From: the human T2T-CHM13v2.0 reference genome, Homo sapiens | DNA: 64,000 nucleotides | Assembly: GCF_009914755.1 (NCBI RefSeq) | Contig: NC_060925.1 | Strand: one strand, 5' to 3' | In this document: positions 1-17,029 of the stretch, in pieces | Layout of the letters: each line of letters opens with the position of its first letter | How positions within the stretch are numbered: position 1 is the stretch's first letter | Translations under genes and position numbers: made by a program | Notes under the pieces: model-generated | The model's database searches: none | What the model was told of the DNA's origin: nothing | What the model saw: only the letters and a program-made list of their open reading frames with translations

Positions 1-200
1 ATACATTGGTAATAATGTAATGATGGGTACATGACATTATGCGTTTTGCAAAACTCCTAGACCTGTACCACACAAAGAGTGAACCCTAATGTAAACTGGG
101 GGTGGGATAAAGGTGACAGTATGTGAGAACTCTGTACTTTCTGCTCGATCTTTCCATAAAGCTAAAACTGCTCAAAAAATAAAGTCTATTATTTTGTTAA
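1..200 (+). mobile_element. Old L1 (L1MC/MD-like) 3' UTR end
   Basis: gagtgaaccctaatgtaaact...gagaactctgtactttctgctc...aaataaagtctatt resembles the remembered L1M 3' end. Confidence 0.7.
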
Positions 201-789
201 ATGAAAGAAATTAACAATGACCATGGCACGCTCACACAAAAAGATTATCAAGGACATTTCTCTGTCAGGAATGAATATTTGGTCATCTCACAAGGCAAAA
301 CCCTGACTAGCAGAGGTGTTAGCTGAGGGCACATGGCCATAGATGCCAATAGTGACCTGCTGGCCACTTGCAGAAAGGAGAGCCTTGACATCCAAACACA
401 TTGTTTCTCTTGTATTGTCCTGTGCATACTTATGTATCTTAACAACTTTCCTTCTTTCCTCTCCATTTATCCCTCTTTTTAAAACAGGGCTTATTGAGGG
501 TGATTAACTTAATTTTTAAATGATATATGGCAGAATGTCAAGAGAGTATAGTGAAGAACTTCGTAGAGGAATGGACATAACCCAGAATTCTTAGACTTAG
601 AGTACATGCTGTGATTGAGAATTTTTTATTGTTTCATTGTTCAAGAGATTGTAGGTACATGTTCAATTATTAGAGAAATAGTTGCACTCTGTTAGAAGGA
701 AGCTTGGGTCTTTCGTGTTTACTTTCAAAAGGGAAAGTTTATATTGATATTGAGCAAGTTAAAGCATGAAAATTTATTATTTGATGTTT

Positions 790-1330
790 GTTGCTGTGTT
801 TGAGGAATTCCTCAGCCTCTCAGTTTTGACGAAAACAAGAAACCACCTCCTGCTTTAGAAGCTAAAATGCCAAATGCTTGCTTTCTCAGCCTCCTTTGCA
901 GCTAGGGTACAAGCATATGACTTAGGTTTTGCCCATCTGTTTGCCAGTGCTGAATTTCCACTTCGGAATTAATAAAAAAAGAAGCAGATTCAGTTATGCT
1001 TTCTCTTGTTTCTGGTGGAGGCCATGTAGCAGCTGCTACAATATCTGTTGCAAAGCGAACAAGTGGGAGTGGTGCTGGTGGCTTTGCAGTTAGCCTAGGA
1101 TTGAGCAATTGCTGCAATTGTTGCTGCCTGCATCTTCGGTGTTATTTCTTACTGGTGGTGACAGTGGTTTCCTCCCTGGATGAGTTCTACAGCATGGTTT
1201 GGGGTACATTTCCTGGCTGCCTAGCTTTGATCTGGCTTTCTAGCCTTCTCAACAGTTCTACAAGTTCCCCACTATTTCTGTGATAAACCTATTTATTGTT
1301 AATGTCAGCCATAATTGGCTTCTGTGGTTT
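790..1330 (+). mobile_element. Degenerate ERVL LTR (LTR33-like)
   Basis: tttctcagcctcctttgcagctaggg...catatgacttaggtttt motif resembles LTR33. Confidence 0.45.
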
Positions 1331-1416
1331 ATATTTTTTAAAATTCCAAGATATACCAACGTAACAGATAGCTCAACAAACATATGTCTTTTTAAATTAA
1401 GATATATTCTGTGTCA

Positions 1417-1839
<423 letters not shown>

Positions 1840-2429
1840 CTAAGGTTCTTGAATAAGCAGAAAATAATTTAGGTAAAAACCAAATAATAAACTAACATTC
1901 TGAAAGGTTTAGGATTTGGAGGCACAAATGTCTTAGCTAAAGTGTTCATTCTAACCTCACAGGAAAATTGAAATATGAAAATATACAGAAAAATCTTAGG
2001 CAGTATTTGTCAATTTTAAGAAACAACTATTTACAGGTTTTTCAATAGGCATTACATTAAAAACGAAATATGTAGTTAATAAATATGAAAACTGTGGATA
2101 TAATCAACACATTTATTTTACTTCTTGAAGTGTTAACATGTGCTGTCTCAAATATCAACAGTGTACACGTGAGAAAAAACATTTTACATAGATTTTCTGC
2201 GACAGAAAACAGCATCTCATTAGACATCCCAAGTTTTTTCATTTGGAACACACACCCATTCCCCAGTATACTAGGGGTAATAATAATTTAAAGAGTTTAA
2301 TTACTTTTTACTACTAGAAAACTAATTTTATGTTTGGCACAAATTTCTGAAATGATATTCTACTGCAAAGAATAATACCTATATATGGCCAGAATTACTT
2401 TTTTTCTATAACATTAAGATAATACTTGT

Positions 2430-2671
<242 letters not shown>

Positions 2672-3646
2672 TCAGTCCCCATGCTTCTTCATTTGACCTT
2701 CCCTGACTCCCTGATGAATTTTAGTTTGAATTTTTGCTATAGTCCAGAAGTTAATTTAAAAGATCTTAAAATTTCCACCTGCCTAGATATTACTTATTTG
2801 TTACACTTTAGTCCATGATTTCTATTGTCATTTACATTACCTCAAAAATATGACCTGCTGAATTTCTGCTGTCATGAATTGACTAACATATTTTGGGCCT
2901 AATACCTTTACATTTAGAATCTTTTTGTTTTGTATTGGAAAGTATTGTAACTCCTCCATTTATTGGTCAAAAGCACTGCTTATTTATTTCCATGCTTAAT
3001 CAGAGAGACTTTCTAATAGTTATTTAATATTATTTACGTTCATTCACTTGTTGACTATAATGACGTTAGTTGCTATGATATTTTTAGGTCATTAATATAA
3101 TAAAAATATGTCAACTTTTCTCTTCCAATGTGTCTTTGGGTTATTAATTTTTAACTCAGATATCAAGCTTGTAAAATGTTTAATGGCTTATAATAATGTC
3201 TAACACATAGTATCCACTGAGTTCTGATAACTCCAGTTTATCAAATTCTCTTTTTTTATACCATTCTCCAAATGCAATGCTATTTGGTTTTATTTTTATT
3301 TTTTAAAAATGTGCTGCCTGTTTTGAGTCTCTAAAAGTGTGAAATGCTCAGTATTTTCCAAATGTATTTGAACATGGAGTGTTATATTTACTAAAAAGTT
3401 AACAAGCAAGTATTCCCCTAAACGTTCTAGCAAATACTACTAGTACAGACAAATTATGATGTAACATTATAGTACATTTTAATTTATTAGGTTAATTTTG
3501 GTTGCAAACAATCAAAATTCAAAATGGCTTGTATAATAAAGAGATTTTGAACAATAGTATAGGCTCAAGATAGTTTAATGCAGAAGTTTAATAATAACAC
3601 AAAATAAATGCTTCTTGTCCTCCCTGTTTCTTCACTCTACCTTAAG

Positions 3647-4011
3647 TGATATAGATTGAATGTTTGTATCCCCCCAAAATTTGTATGTTTAAATCTAATC
3701 CCTAGTGTGATGATATTTGGCAGTGGGTCTTCAGGGGGTGATTAGGTCATGAGGACAGAGTCCTCATGAATGAGATTAGTGCCCTTATAAAAGAGACCTT
3801 AGAGAACTTCCTAGCCCCTTCCACCATGTGAGGGCACAGCAAAAAGACAGCTGTCTGTGAACCAGGAAACAAATCCTCATTAGACCCTGAATCTGTTGAC
3901 ACCTTGATCTTGGACTTCCTGGCCTCTAGAACTGTAAGAAATAAATTTATGTTGTTCATAAACCATCCAGGCTGTGATATTCTGGTATAGCGACCTGAAA
4001 GGACTAAGACA
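3647..4011 (+). mobile_element. MaLR solo LTR (MLT1A-like)
   Basis: TG...CA ends; aatgagattagtgcccttataaaagagacc and aataaatttatgttgttcataaacc...actaagaca. Confidence 0.85.
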
Positions 4012-6387
4012 TTAGGTCTCAGTTTTATTCTATGGCTTAAAATATCATGTCATGAGTAGACAACTTCCAATCCTAGTACCTCGTGCTTCCTCTGCTGCAT
4101 TTGGAAAGAAGGCATTTCCCTCTTCAATCATGGAATGAAAAAGTTGTACTTCATTCTGATTTGATTAGCAGAAGGCACACGTTCCTTCATGCACCAATTA
4201 CAGTGACCAAGAATTGGACATGGGACTCATGTCACTTAAACATTGTGAAGCTGAGAAATTCATTATTTGGCTAGGAGTGTGTGAGAGCAGGGAACACTGA
4301 ATGCTTGAGACACCACCACGATGTCCACTACATGTATTTCCATTTCAGTAAACATTTCCATTAAGATAATGCTAGAACAAAATCAGAGGAGTAGATCTTA
4401 GTGTCCCCAACTTTTGTTGACCTAACAAAGTGAAGTTGCTTCAACTGGACACTTCTGAACCACATTTATGCCTATATGTTCAGTTCAAATTTATTATAAG
4501 CAATTTTCAGGTCCATATGTTTAGGATATTTCATTTGTTTGGTTATGCATTATATGTATACATGTTTTTAACATACATACGCCTCTACATATATTTTGGA
4601 GGCCTTTACACAAAAGTGTTTTCCCTAAAGGGAGAAGAGAAAAGTTGAATGCAGAAGTAGAAAAAAAAATTCATTTGCACTTGTAGTATTTATATCTAAA
4701 TATTTTATGTTACAGATGTATTAATATTTTTATAATTTTAAACACTACTTTAAAACAGGGAGATGGTTTACCTTCAAAAAATTTGGCTCTCAACTCAAAA
4801 TTATCAAAGTATATCCTAGATGTAGTTTGCTTGTCAGGCTTCTACATGAAAATCTAAAATGCTCCTGCATTTCAGAATGAGCCTAACATATGTAATTGCA
4901 CTCATCCACTATGTCTACATTGCCAACCAAATACTGACAGAGAGAGCTAGAGTGCCACAGAGAGCTGGCAGTTCCTCTGTTTGCATTAGCTTCTACTTGC
5001 TTCTTCATCTTTCCTCTATGTCTGACACATTTCATGTTACTGTTTTTAAATGTTCCCTTAGCTACAGAGCTAATGTGCTTATATCTGTAAGGGGTCTCAT
5101 GTGAACCTCTAAATAATTAAAGATTCATTAGCTCCCTGGAGGGCCACCATGATTTCCAAAACAAGTCACAATACCTAAAGATCTAATTGTACAATTTCCC
5201 TCAGAAATAGCCTTGAGAAAGAAGTCACATCACTCAGCAATGAGTATTATAATTACTCACAGCAGTTTTCATGGTACTATATAACATCCAATTTACAGAA
5301 TTAAAGGTAATGTAATTCGAAAGAAAAATAGCTGGTTTTAAGGAATGAATGGCCATGTCAACTATTGGAAGCATCTTTGAACTAGAGCCTCTATGTTCGG
5401 GTTTCACCAGGTTTATGTTTTTAATTAATATCCTATTCAGCTTGCTGTAATTTCCATTGAGGTTTTCTAGAACAAGACAAGTCAGAAATTGATCTTTAAT
5501 TATAAGCTAAGAGCAAACTGCCAAAGAACTGAGAGAAATTTTGAAGAAACAGGTCTATCAGGACTAACCATTTTAAGATAATAAAGACTAATCAGACACA
5601 CACACATATGCACAAAAAGAGGGAGAGAGAGAACAAAAATCCTATGAAATACATTTTAAAAAATCAATTTTTTTAAGAAGAAGCATTTGATCTGCCAAAG
5701 AGAAGAGTTAGTAGTTTGGAGATCTGACATTGCTAATCTCAGGGCAAGAAAATAACAAAATAAGACACCAAAGAATTACCTAAACTGTGGAAGATGAAGC
5801 TTTCAGAGTTCTCACAGAGAAATGGGATACTAAAGTACCAAGTTTAAGAGGTGTAATCTATTAATGTTTAATTTATGTCCCAAATACTTAAAAACTATGT
5901 TTCATTGTTATACATATTTATTTTATTATAAAGATAATGAATGCAGTAGGGTTAGATTTAAATAATTCATTGGGTTTAAAATGAGAAATGAAAGTCTGGC
6001 TTTTTACAACCTACAGTCTTATCACCAAAGTTAGCTATTGTTAATAATTTCTTGTCCATTCGTGTATGTGTTATGGTTTCTTTCTTAGAAAGAAGTATGC
6101 TATACTAGTATACATACTATTTATTCATGAACCTTGCACTTATCATGTAATCATATGTCTTAGTGGTCTTTTCATAATAGATGTCTCTCTTTCCCATGCT
6201 GTCAGTGGTGACTGCATGAGGCATTGTACAGACGTACCAATAATTACTTACTCTGTGTCATATTGATGGTTATTCAGATTGTTTTCACTTTGCCCTTGCA
6301 GACAACACTGCAATGAACATCCTTATGCATATATTATTCCAAATACATCATCGTGATGGCTGTGTGAGAGAAATACACATTGTTGAT

Positions 6388-6858
6388 TTTCTTTTTTATT
6401 TTTTATAATTTCAGCTTTTGATTTTAGATACAGTGGGTACATGTGCAGGTTTGTTACATGGGTATGTTGTATGTTGTATAATGCTGAGGTTTGCTGCATG
6501 ATTGATCTGATCACTCAGGTACTAGGCATAGTAGTTTTTTTTCAACCTTTACCCCCTCCCTCCTTCTACCCTCGAGTAGTCCCCAGTTTCTATTGTTCCC
6601 ATCTTTGTGTCCACGTGTACTCAATGTTTAGCTCCTGCTTATAAGTGAGAATATGTGGTATTTGGTTTTCTATTCCTGTGTTAATTCGCTTAGCATAACG
6701 GCATCGAGTTGCATCCATGTTGCTGTAAAGGACATAATTTTATTCTTTTTTATGGCTGCAAAGTATTCCATGACATATATGTACCATATTTTCTTTATCC
6801 AATCCACAGCTGATGGGCACCTAGGTTGATTCCATGTCTTAGCGATTGTGAATTACAC
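6388..6858 (-). mobile_element. 5'-truncated older L1PA 3' end within degenerate L1M sequence
   Basis: T-rich tail, ggtacatgtgcaggtttgttacatggg, tttatggctgcaaagtattccatg. Confidence 0.9.
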
Positions 6859-7205
6859 TGCTGATTTTAATAGAAACCACTAATTTTTATGCCAACAAAA
6901 TCATCAATGTGCACATGCTCCAAGGCTGTGTGAGCATAGCCCTTTTTCTTGAGATGTCAACAACACTGGGTTTTATCAAAATATAATTTTTGCCAATTTA
7001 TTAGTTAACAAATGCTAACTCAGTGCTATTTGGATTTGAACTACCACTGGTGCTGAGCAACTTTTTACATATTCACTGGCAATTTATTTATCTTTCTCTG
7101 TTGTTTATCTTTTTCTGTGTAATAATTTTCCCTATCTTCTACTCTTTTAAACATTAAGTTTTCACTGTTTTCTTAATAATTTTTAAGTTTAAAAAGTGAC
7201 CTTTT

Positions 7206-7501
<296 letters not shown>

Positions 7502-8127
7502 TTATCTGCTGCATATAATTCTAATGATATTTCTCAATTCGTTTATCTTTTAACAATGATAATATATAATGTCTTGCTATTTAGAAAGATTTTTAAAAGT
7601 ATTTTATATAAACAAATTTTTATTCTTTGCCATTAATACTTGCAGGTTTGGAATTTTCAGGACCTCCTCAAAGGCCACCTACAGGAAATGCTCTTCAAAG
7701 ACATTTCACTTTTTCCCCACTTGATTATGGAGCAAAGACTAACACTGGCAATGCTTTGAAGTACTTGAGTCAAATGGGTCTCTCATGTGGTCATTACTAT
7801 ACTCACTCTCAGGCTCCAGTGCAAATTGTTTCCTTACGCCAACTACTCTTGCTTTCCTTTAATAGACCTATTCCTCCTGGGCTGTCTGAAACTAACATTT
7901 CATTGTAAATAAAGTCCTGCAAATCCTTGGTATCTCAAAGAACCCTCCTTCCATTTAGTTTTAGGAGAACTTTCCTCCTAAAACTCTATTCTTCTCCCTG
8001 GAGTCCAGATCCCCATTCCTTGCAACAAATGAACTCTTGATTTGAGCACTGAAGGGAGATAATTGGAAGTTTGACTTTGTGTTCTAGGTTTTCCCTGCCA
8101 ATATATGCAGCGTCTTTAAAACTAATT

Positions 8128-8230
8128 GGGCTGCGGCAGGAGAACTGCTTGAACCCAGGAGGAGGAGGTTGCAGTGAGCCAAAATTGCACCATTGAACTC
8201 CAGCCTGGGCGATAGAGCAAGGATCCATCT

Positions 8231-8264
<34 letters not shown>

Positions 8265-8272
8265 AGCAAAAA
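8128..8272 (+). mobile_element. Alu right-arm fragment with long A tail
   Basis: gcaggagaactgcttgaacccagg...A30; TSD aaactaatt. Confidence 0.9.
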
Positions 8273-9219
8273 GAAACTAATTAGGTTCAAGAAGTTCGAA
8301 TGAATTCAACTAAGACAAGCTCTTAAGCAGACATGTTGGAAGTTCCAGAAAAGACAGTTTGGGAAAATATTTTTATTAAAAAAAAAAAAAAAGACTGTCC
8401 TCCACTTCCTCACTCTTTCTTCCCACTTATTTTCACTCCACTGGTGCAGTTTGGTGTCAACTCTCCTCACTCTACTGAAACTGCTGCAGCCGAGGTTACT
8501 AGTCATTTAATTAACAAAAGCAATAGATTTTGTTTTTTTTAAATGCATTATACTCTACTATTTTGTGACATTTAAACTATTGACAATGTCTTTCTTGAAA
8601 ATGTGTCCTTTTTGTTTTTTTCAAAACACGACTTTCTCCTTGATGTCCTCCTTTTTCTCTCATTATTTCACCTTTACATTCTCTGCTGACACCTTTCACC
8701 TTACCAAACCTTAATTAAATGTGTATGCTTCCCAGTCTCCCATTCTTGGCTCTCTTCCCTTCCCTCTTATTGATCATTATTGTATTCTGTGATCTCACCA
8801 ATTCTCTTGGCTTTAACAATAACCAGATGACTCCAGAAAACTATTCAAAATTCCGGACCTATGGAGACTTTGCACCCAGATACGTACCAACAACTCAACC
8901 TCAGTTATCTCTAATATTATCTCATTAAGTGCCCTCTAACTACAGAATGACTCCTCCTTCTGGGTTTCCTCTGCCTGAATGGCACCACCATTCAGTGGCC
9001 CACGACAAATGTGGACCTCATTTGGAACTTCTCCCTTTCCCTCATGTTTCATTTTCTCTTGGCTAAAGAGTTATTAGATTCTTCATTTTTAGCTTTTCTC
9101 TAGCCTATCTTCAATTTTATAGTGGACAGTTATGTATACCCTATATCCCAGGAGAGAAGGGATATCTTCTTCTATGCCCCTACTATGAACTAGCATATCC
9201 TTTGAGTCCTTTCTTTGTA

Positions 9220-9420
9220 TGAAGCACTGGGGAAATTTAATCAACTTCATAATCACTTATAATTCTCACAGTAATTTTATGAGATAAGTTCTATTTATTA
9301 TCCCTCTCTTAAGGATGAGGAAACTGTGGTTTAAAGAGCTTAAGTAATTTGGGCAAATCATAAAAGAAGCAGTGAAGACAGAATTCAAATCTAGGCAACC
9401 TGAAATCTGAGCCTGAGCAC
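9220..9420. mobile_element. MIR fragment
   Basis: gatgaggaaactgtggtttaaagagcttaagtaattt core. Confidence 0.7.
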
Positions 9421-9716
9421 TTTGCCTCCCTAATAACTATCTCCCTTTGAGAGTTGTATTACAAAGTTGACAACATTTAGCAACCCTTATTCCCCTCCCC
9501 ACCCCTATCTCTCTCCAAGAAATCTGCTGTGAGGTAGAGAATGTGTTGATTTTCTCTGCAGTTTTTAGTGCATAGCATAGGGCTTAGAAAGGAGAAAATG
9601 ATGAAAAATATTTATTAAAATAATTGTTTTTCTTTGATAGTTGTTATAACCATCTAATTGTGAGTGCTTAACAATTACTATAAAGGAGAATGGAAATCAC
9701 AGATCTTTTCACAGAA

Positions 9717-10010
9717 TTTTTTTTTTTTTTTTTTGAGACAGAGTCCAGCTTGTCACCCAGGTTGGAGTGCAGTGGTGCGATCTCAGCTCACTGCAACCTC
9801 CACCTCCTGGGTTTAATCACTTGCCTTGGCCTCCTGAGTAGCTGAGATTACAGGCGTGCACCACCATGCCTGGCTAATTTTTGTATTTTTGGTAGAGATG
9901 GGGTTTCACCACATTGGCCAGGCTGGTCTCAAACTCCTGACCTCCAGTGATCCACCCATCTCAGACTCCCAAAGAGCTGGGATTATAGGCTTGAACCACC
10001 ATGCTGGGCC
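9717..10010 (-). mobile_element. AluS
   Basis: Poly-T followed by reverse Alu. Confidence 0.95.
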
Positions 10011-10709
10011 TTTCTCAGAGAATTTACAGTTTACCTGGAAATGTAAACTATATATACTTAAACTGAGGGATATTTACAAAAGAGCTTTCTACTTAACCCA
10101 CAAGAATCTGTATTAATAACAAAGCAAATCAAGCTTGTTCACAGGCAACTGAATGGAATGAATGGTTTTGATTGGTCTTGCCAGTTATATTTCTAACAAG
10201 AGAAAATTCAATGTGAGCCTCATTTGGAAACAAGATATTACAGAAAGGAAAATTTGGGATTAAGGTCAGATTTGGTGCAACTATGCTAGATACAGAAAAG
10301 GCAAACTTTCAGCTCAATCCCCAGCTAAGTACAAGTTCAATGGTGAAGGCATAAGAAAATGAGCCATTATAATAAGTCTGAAATAAGTTTATGATTCCAC
10401 CTCAATATGGGCATGCAATATATTCTAATATTTAATCCCTGGAAAAAATGATGACATCACATTGAAATCTTGACTCATAAGAGAACTTTTTTATGCTGTT
10501 CCCTAAGTCAGTTTATTTCTACTTCATTCTTGTGTTAAGGGCAGGCTCAATTCTTACTCATTCAAAAACAGTATCACCTGAAGCTTTTCTTTAATTCTTG
10601 TTTTCTCTGCAGTGACAAAATTAATCAAGGGGTTAAAATGTATATTAAATTATATATGTATTATATATAAAAGTTATATAGTATAGATCAGAGAAGAATA
10701 TATTGCATA

Positions 10710-11113
10710 TGTTATAGGCTGAATTGTGGCCTTTCCCCAAATTAATATGCTGTACCCTGCCCCCTGCCATCCCAGTATATCAGAAGGTGACTATATTTGG
10801 AGATAGAGACTTTTAAGAGGTAACTAATGTAAAATGAGGTCACATGTCTGGGTCCTAATCCAATATCACTGGTGTCCTTATTTGAAGAGGAAATTTAGGT
10901 ACAGACAAACATGTGCACAGAAAAAAGTCCATGAGAAGACAAGATGAGAAAATGACTATCTAAAAGGCAAGGAGAGAAATTTCAGAATAAAATTAACACA
11001 TCTGATGCCTTGACCTCACACTTCTAGCCTCCAGAACTGTGAGAAAATAAATTTCTCTTGTTTAACTCATCCAGTCTGCAGTAATTGTTATAACAACCCT
11101 AGCAAAGTAATAT
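10710..11113 (+). mobile_element. MaLR solo LTR (MLT1B-like)
   Basis: tgttataggctgaattgtg...ttctagcctccagaactgtgagaaaataaattt. Confidence 0.85.
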
Positions 11114-11118
11114 AGGAA

Positions 11119-11177
11119 GTATATATATATATACACATATATATATACACACATACATATATATATACACACATATT

Positions 11178-11208
<31 letters not shown>

Positions 11209-11210
11209 GA
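11119..11210. repeat. Compound (TA)n/(CA)n/(TG)n microsatellite
   Basis: Seen directly. Confidence 0.9.
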
Positions 11211-11235
11211 TAGAGTAGATAGATAGAGACATATA

Positions 11236-11471
11236 CAGTCATCCCTCAGTATTAGTGGGGTATTGGATTCAGGAGCCCTGCATATACCGAAGTCTGCACA
11301 TACTCAGGTCCTACAGTCAACCTTGCAGAGCTTGCATATGAAAAGTTGGCCCTCCACATATGTGGGTTTCACTTCCCACAAATACTGTATTTTCAATCTG
11401 TATTTGGCTGAAAAAATCCACCTATAAGTGGACTCACACAGTTTAAACCAGTGTTATTCAAAGGTCAACTG
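11236..11471 (+). mobile_element. MER8 (TcMar-Tigger non-autonomous DNA transposon)
   Basis: cagtcatccctcagta...aaaggtcaactg terminal repeats, ~236 bp, resembles the MER8 consensus. Confidence 0.85.
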
Positions 11472-11782
11472 TTGATATATAGATATATAAATATCTCATA
11501 TGTATAGAGCAAGCAGGAGAAAAAATCTCTAATCTCTCTTCCTTCCTGCTCTTTTTGGATTGCAAACTCTTCTCTCATAAGTACAAAAAGTAATGTTAAC
11601 AAAGGAAAGAGAATTGGAAATAGTAGTGTTTTTGACCACTAGTGTTTTGTAATTTTAGAAAAAAAAATTACTGAAATGTAACTTTTTATTTATATTGAGA
11701 TGTTTTGACTCATACTCCAATCATACAGAAATAACAGATAAAATATGAAAAAGACTTCTTTTTACATACATAGCTGGATTAA

Positions 11783-13066
<1,284 letters not shown>

Positions 13067-14114
13067 TGTCTTCCCTCATGAGGTACAAAGCCAAGCATTA
13101 CACTGGGGCCATGATAGTCCAGGTTGCTGAAAGATTTAGAACTAAAGACTGAAAATTGGGATATATATTGAGAGAGAGAGAGAGAGAACAAATGGTAACC
13201 TAAATTTAATAAAATAATAATAGACAAATTAGGGTAACAGGCATATGAGTATTTTTTGTTCTAACAATTCTTTTATTTTCAAACTTATCTATAATCTTAC
13301 ATTTATTTCCCAATAAAAAGGATTTTAAGTTAAAAAAATAAAGTTTTTCTGTAGTAACATTTTCACAACTAGGGCCTTTAAGACTGAGGAAATACTCCAA
13401 GCTCTGAGCAAACTCAGTAAGTATAAATCCATATGTAGACATACCACAGTAAAATGCAAGATACTAAAGACTAATACAATATTTTCAAATCAACCAGAGA
13501 TGGAAGGCAGATTACCTACAAAGGAAGGACAATTACTTTATCACAGACTTCTCTTCATCAACGAGAACAGACAATACAGGAATAACGTCTCCCAAGTTGT
13601 GAGGGAGAATAACAGATGACATGAAATTCTACAACCAAATTAAGCATAATTCAATGGGCAGCAGTTAACAGAATTAAGCTGTTTCCAGACATCTATGGAG
13701 ATATTTAACTCAAAGATGTCACTGTAAATTTGATTGTTGAGATGTAGTAATGGATACTTGGTAAGGTTATTGAATTAGTTAAACGATCTTCAAAGCTTAG
13801 GTCATGTATCTTCATTAAACACATGGTGCTTTGCATTTACTAAAGAAGGGCTTCTGTTTTCTCTCCAAATAAATCATTGCGACCTTAGCACCCCAAGTGT
13901 AAAAACCTCTTTTATTTCTATTCTTGATCTCTAGTCCCTGCTTATGTGTATGCATAAATGCATGACACCGTGCTTCTCTTTTAGTTATTTATTTCTAGAG
14001 ATCATGTCTTTGAAAATCATTATATTCCCAGCAACTATTTAGAGTGGTACTAAGCTAACTTGGTTTACAGTGTCAACCGCATAGCAGTTATTTGATTGGC
14101 CCATTCCTTTATAA

Positions 14115-14503
<389 letters not shown>

Positions 14504-14878
14504 TACAAATGTTACTATTAACTCCTCCTTCTGCTAAGAAATAAACCAAAATAAAATTATTCACAAATATAACTGTTTTGATCATGCTTTCAGATGATAT
14601 GTAAGGTAGCCCACAGAAGGTAAATAATATTCAGGGGAAATAAATTATTACTTAAGAGTGGGTGCTGAGAAAAAGAAATGTGTGAAGTGTGAGGTAGGAA
14701 GTATGTGAGAAAAGCTAGGCACAGTTGTGTCTTATATTTTTGTTAAAATCTGCCTGTTAAGACTTCCTGATTGGGTAATGGGAATGATACAGTAAAATAC
14801 TCTTCCTCAGAGTGTCTGACACCATTGTGATAACTTACTACATAAAAGTACAAGTTATATTATATAAAAAGACAGAAT

Positions 14879-15208
<330 letters not shown>

Positions 15209-16744
15209 TTACACAATGTGGATCTAAAAGCAACAGGGAAAGGAAAAGGATTTGGGCCTAGAATGTGGGGAAATTTTAGATGCTGCAGAAAGCCTTCTGG
15301 TGTCTTTCTAGAATGGCTGGATTTTGGTTAAGACAAAGAAGAAGTAACTTTTCATGGAGAACAGTAGCATACAGGAGTGCGGATGGTTTGATCATTTAAG
15401 GCAGGGATGTGAGGTTTGATGGAATATGTTGATAACAAAGATTCTTTGCTTGGCCAACTTTAGTCAGGCTTCTAAATCTTCAGCTAGGCTAAACTGTGCA
15501 CTTCCTCACAAAATCCAGCATTAGCAAAGAACACTGCCAAGTTTACCAAAGACCCCCTCATTCTCAATATCTGATCAGGTTCTTCATTCTTCACCATTCT
15601 GCAGGTGATGTCTGATCACCCTGGCCAGTCTTCAGCAAGAATTCTTTTAGGGCGGTTTAGCCAGAATCTCCCTTACTCCTGATGTTTCCTCTTAGTGATT
15701 TTCCATTCACTGACCCCTGCATTGCTCCTGGGCTATAAATTCCCACTTCCCCGTGCTGTATTCAGAGTTAAGCCCATCTCTCTCCCCAGCTCCAAGACTG
15801 TGTTGCAGTGGTTCCTATATCTATGGTAATGGTCCTGAATAAAGTCTTCTTTACTGTGCATTTGAAGTATCACTGAATAATTTTTTCTTTAACAATTATG
15901 GTGTTGAAACAGATTCATCACTGGATCCTGGGCCTCTCACTCAGGACCCTAAATGCATGCCTTTGAAGTCTTTGTTGTCATTTCTGACTGATTAGGGATC
16001 CATTGGTGAATCAGATTTCTGAGCCATTGCTCCACACAAAAGCCCGTTGATGGCTATGGACAGATTTTGAATCTTAAGGGATGAATATTCTCTCTGAAGC
16101 TGGGGTAGAGTCCCAGGCTTCTTTTGAAAGGAATCCTCTGGGCAGGAAGGTCTTCCTGTGGGCTTCTTGTTCTGAGTGATCTATTCTCTGAGTCCCTAGA
16201 CTAGAAGTCTCTTCTTTCTGGCTCTCTTTTTCTGAGTGAGGGGTTACTCCCTGATTCCCTGAGCTACAAATTGTTCTTCCTGGCTCTCTATAAAACCACT
16301 CTGCTCTTTCTCTTCTCTCTATTGGATCCTGCTTCTCCCATGGGAGCTCTGTCACCTGAAACCCCTCTTCTCAAGTCTCTGCTGACTATTTCTCTGTCCA
16401 CTCTTGCCAGACCCGTTTCTTTTCTGCTGAACTTCAGGACCCCTATCCTACCCTCCTTTGAGGGGGCTCTCAAGGGACTCAGAGGCCCCTCAAAAACAAG
16501 CACCTGGGGCTGATAATAGGAGAAAAAAAGAAACTATTTGGAAACTGATAAAGTAAAAAAAAAAAAAATCTTAAAAAACCTCCTCCACAAATATTGGTAA
16601 AAAGATTTAGCCTTTGTTATGTAGGTCAACTCAACTTATCCCTTTCTCACCAGAAACACAATTTGGATAACAATATAAAGTGGAGATAAACCAGTGAGTT
16701 TGTATTTTTGTATTACTCTGTTTTACTGCCTCATGGTTAAAAAC

Positions 16745-17029
16745 TTTTTTTTTTTTTTTTTTTTGAGACAGAGTCTCACTTCATTGCTCAGGCTGGAGTG
16801 CAGCGGGGCAATCTCGGCTCACTGCAACCTCCACCTCCTGGGTTCAAGTGCTTCTTGTGCCTCAGCCGGGCGCCACGATGCCCCACGCCCAGCTAATTTT
16901 TGTATTTTTAGTAGAGACGGGGTTATGCCATGTTGGCCAGGCTGGTCTCGAACTCCTGACCTCAGGTGATCCACCCGCCTCAGCCTCCCAAAGTGCTGGG
17001 ATTACAGGCATGAGCCACTGCACCTGGCC
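16745..17029 (-). mobile_element. AluS with small internal deletion, inserted in the ERV
   Basis: Reverse Alu; TSD tggttaaaa. Confidence 0.9.
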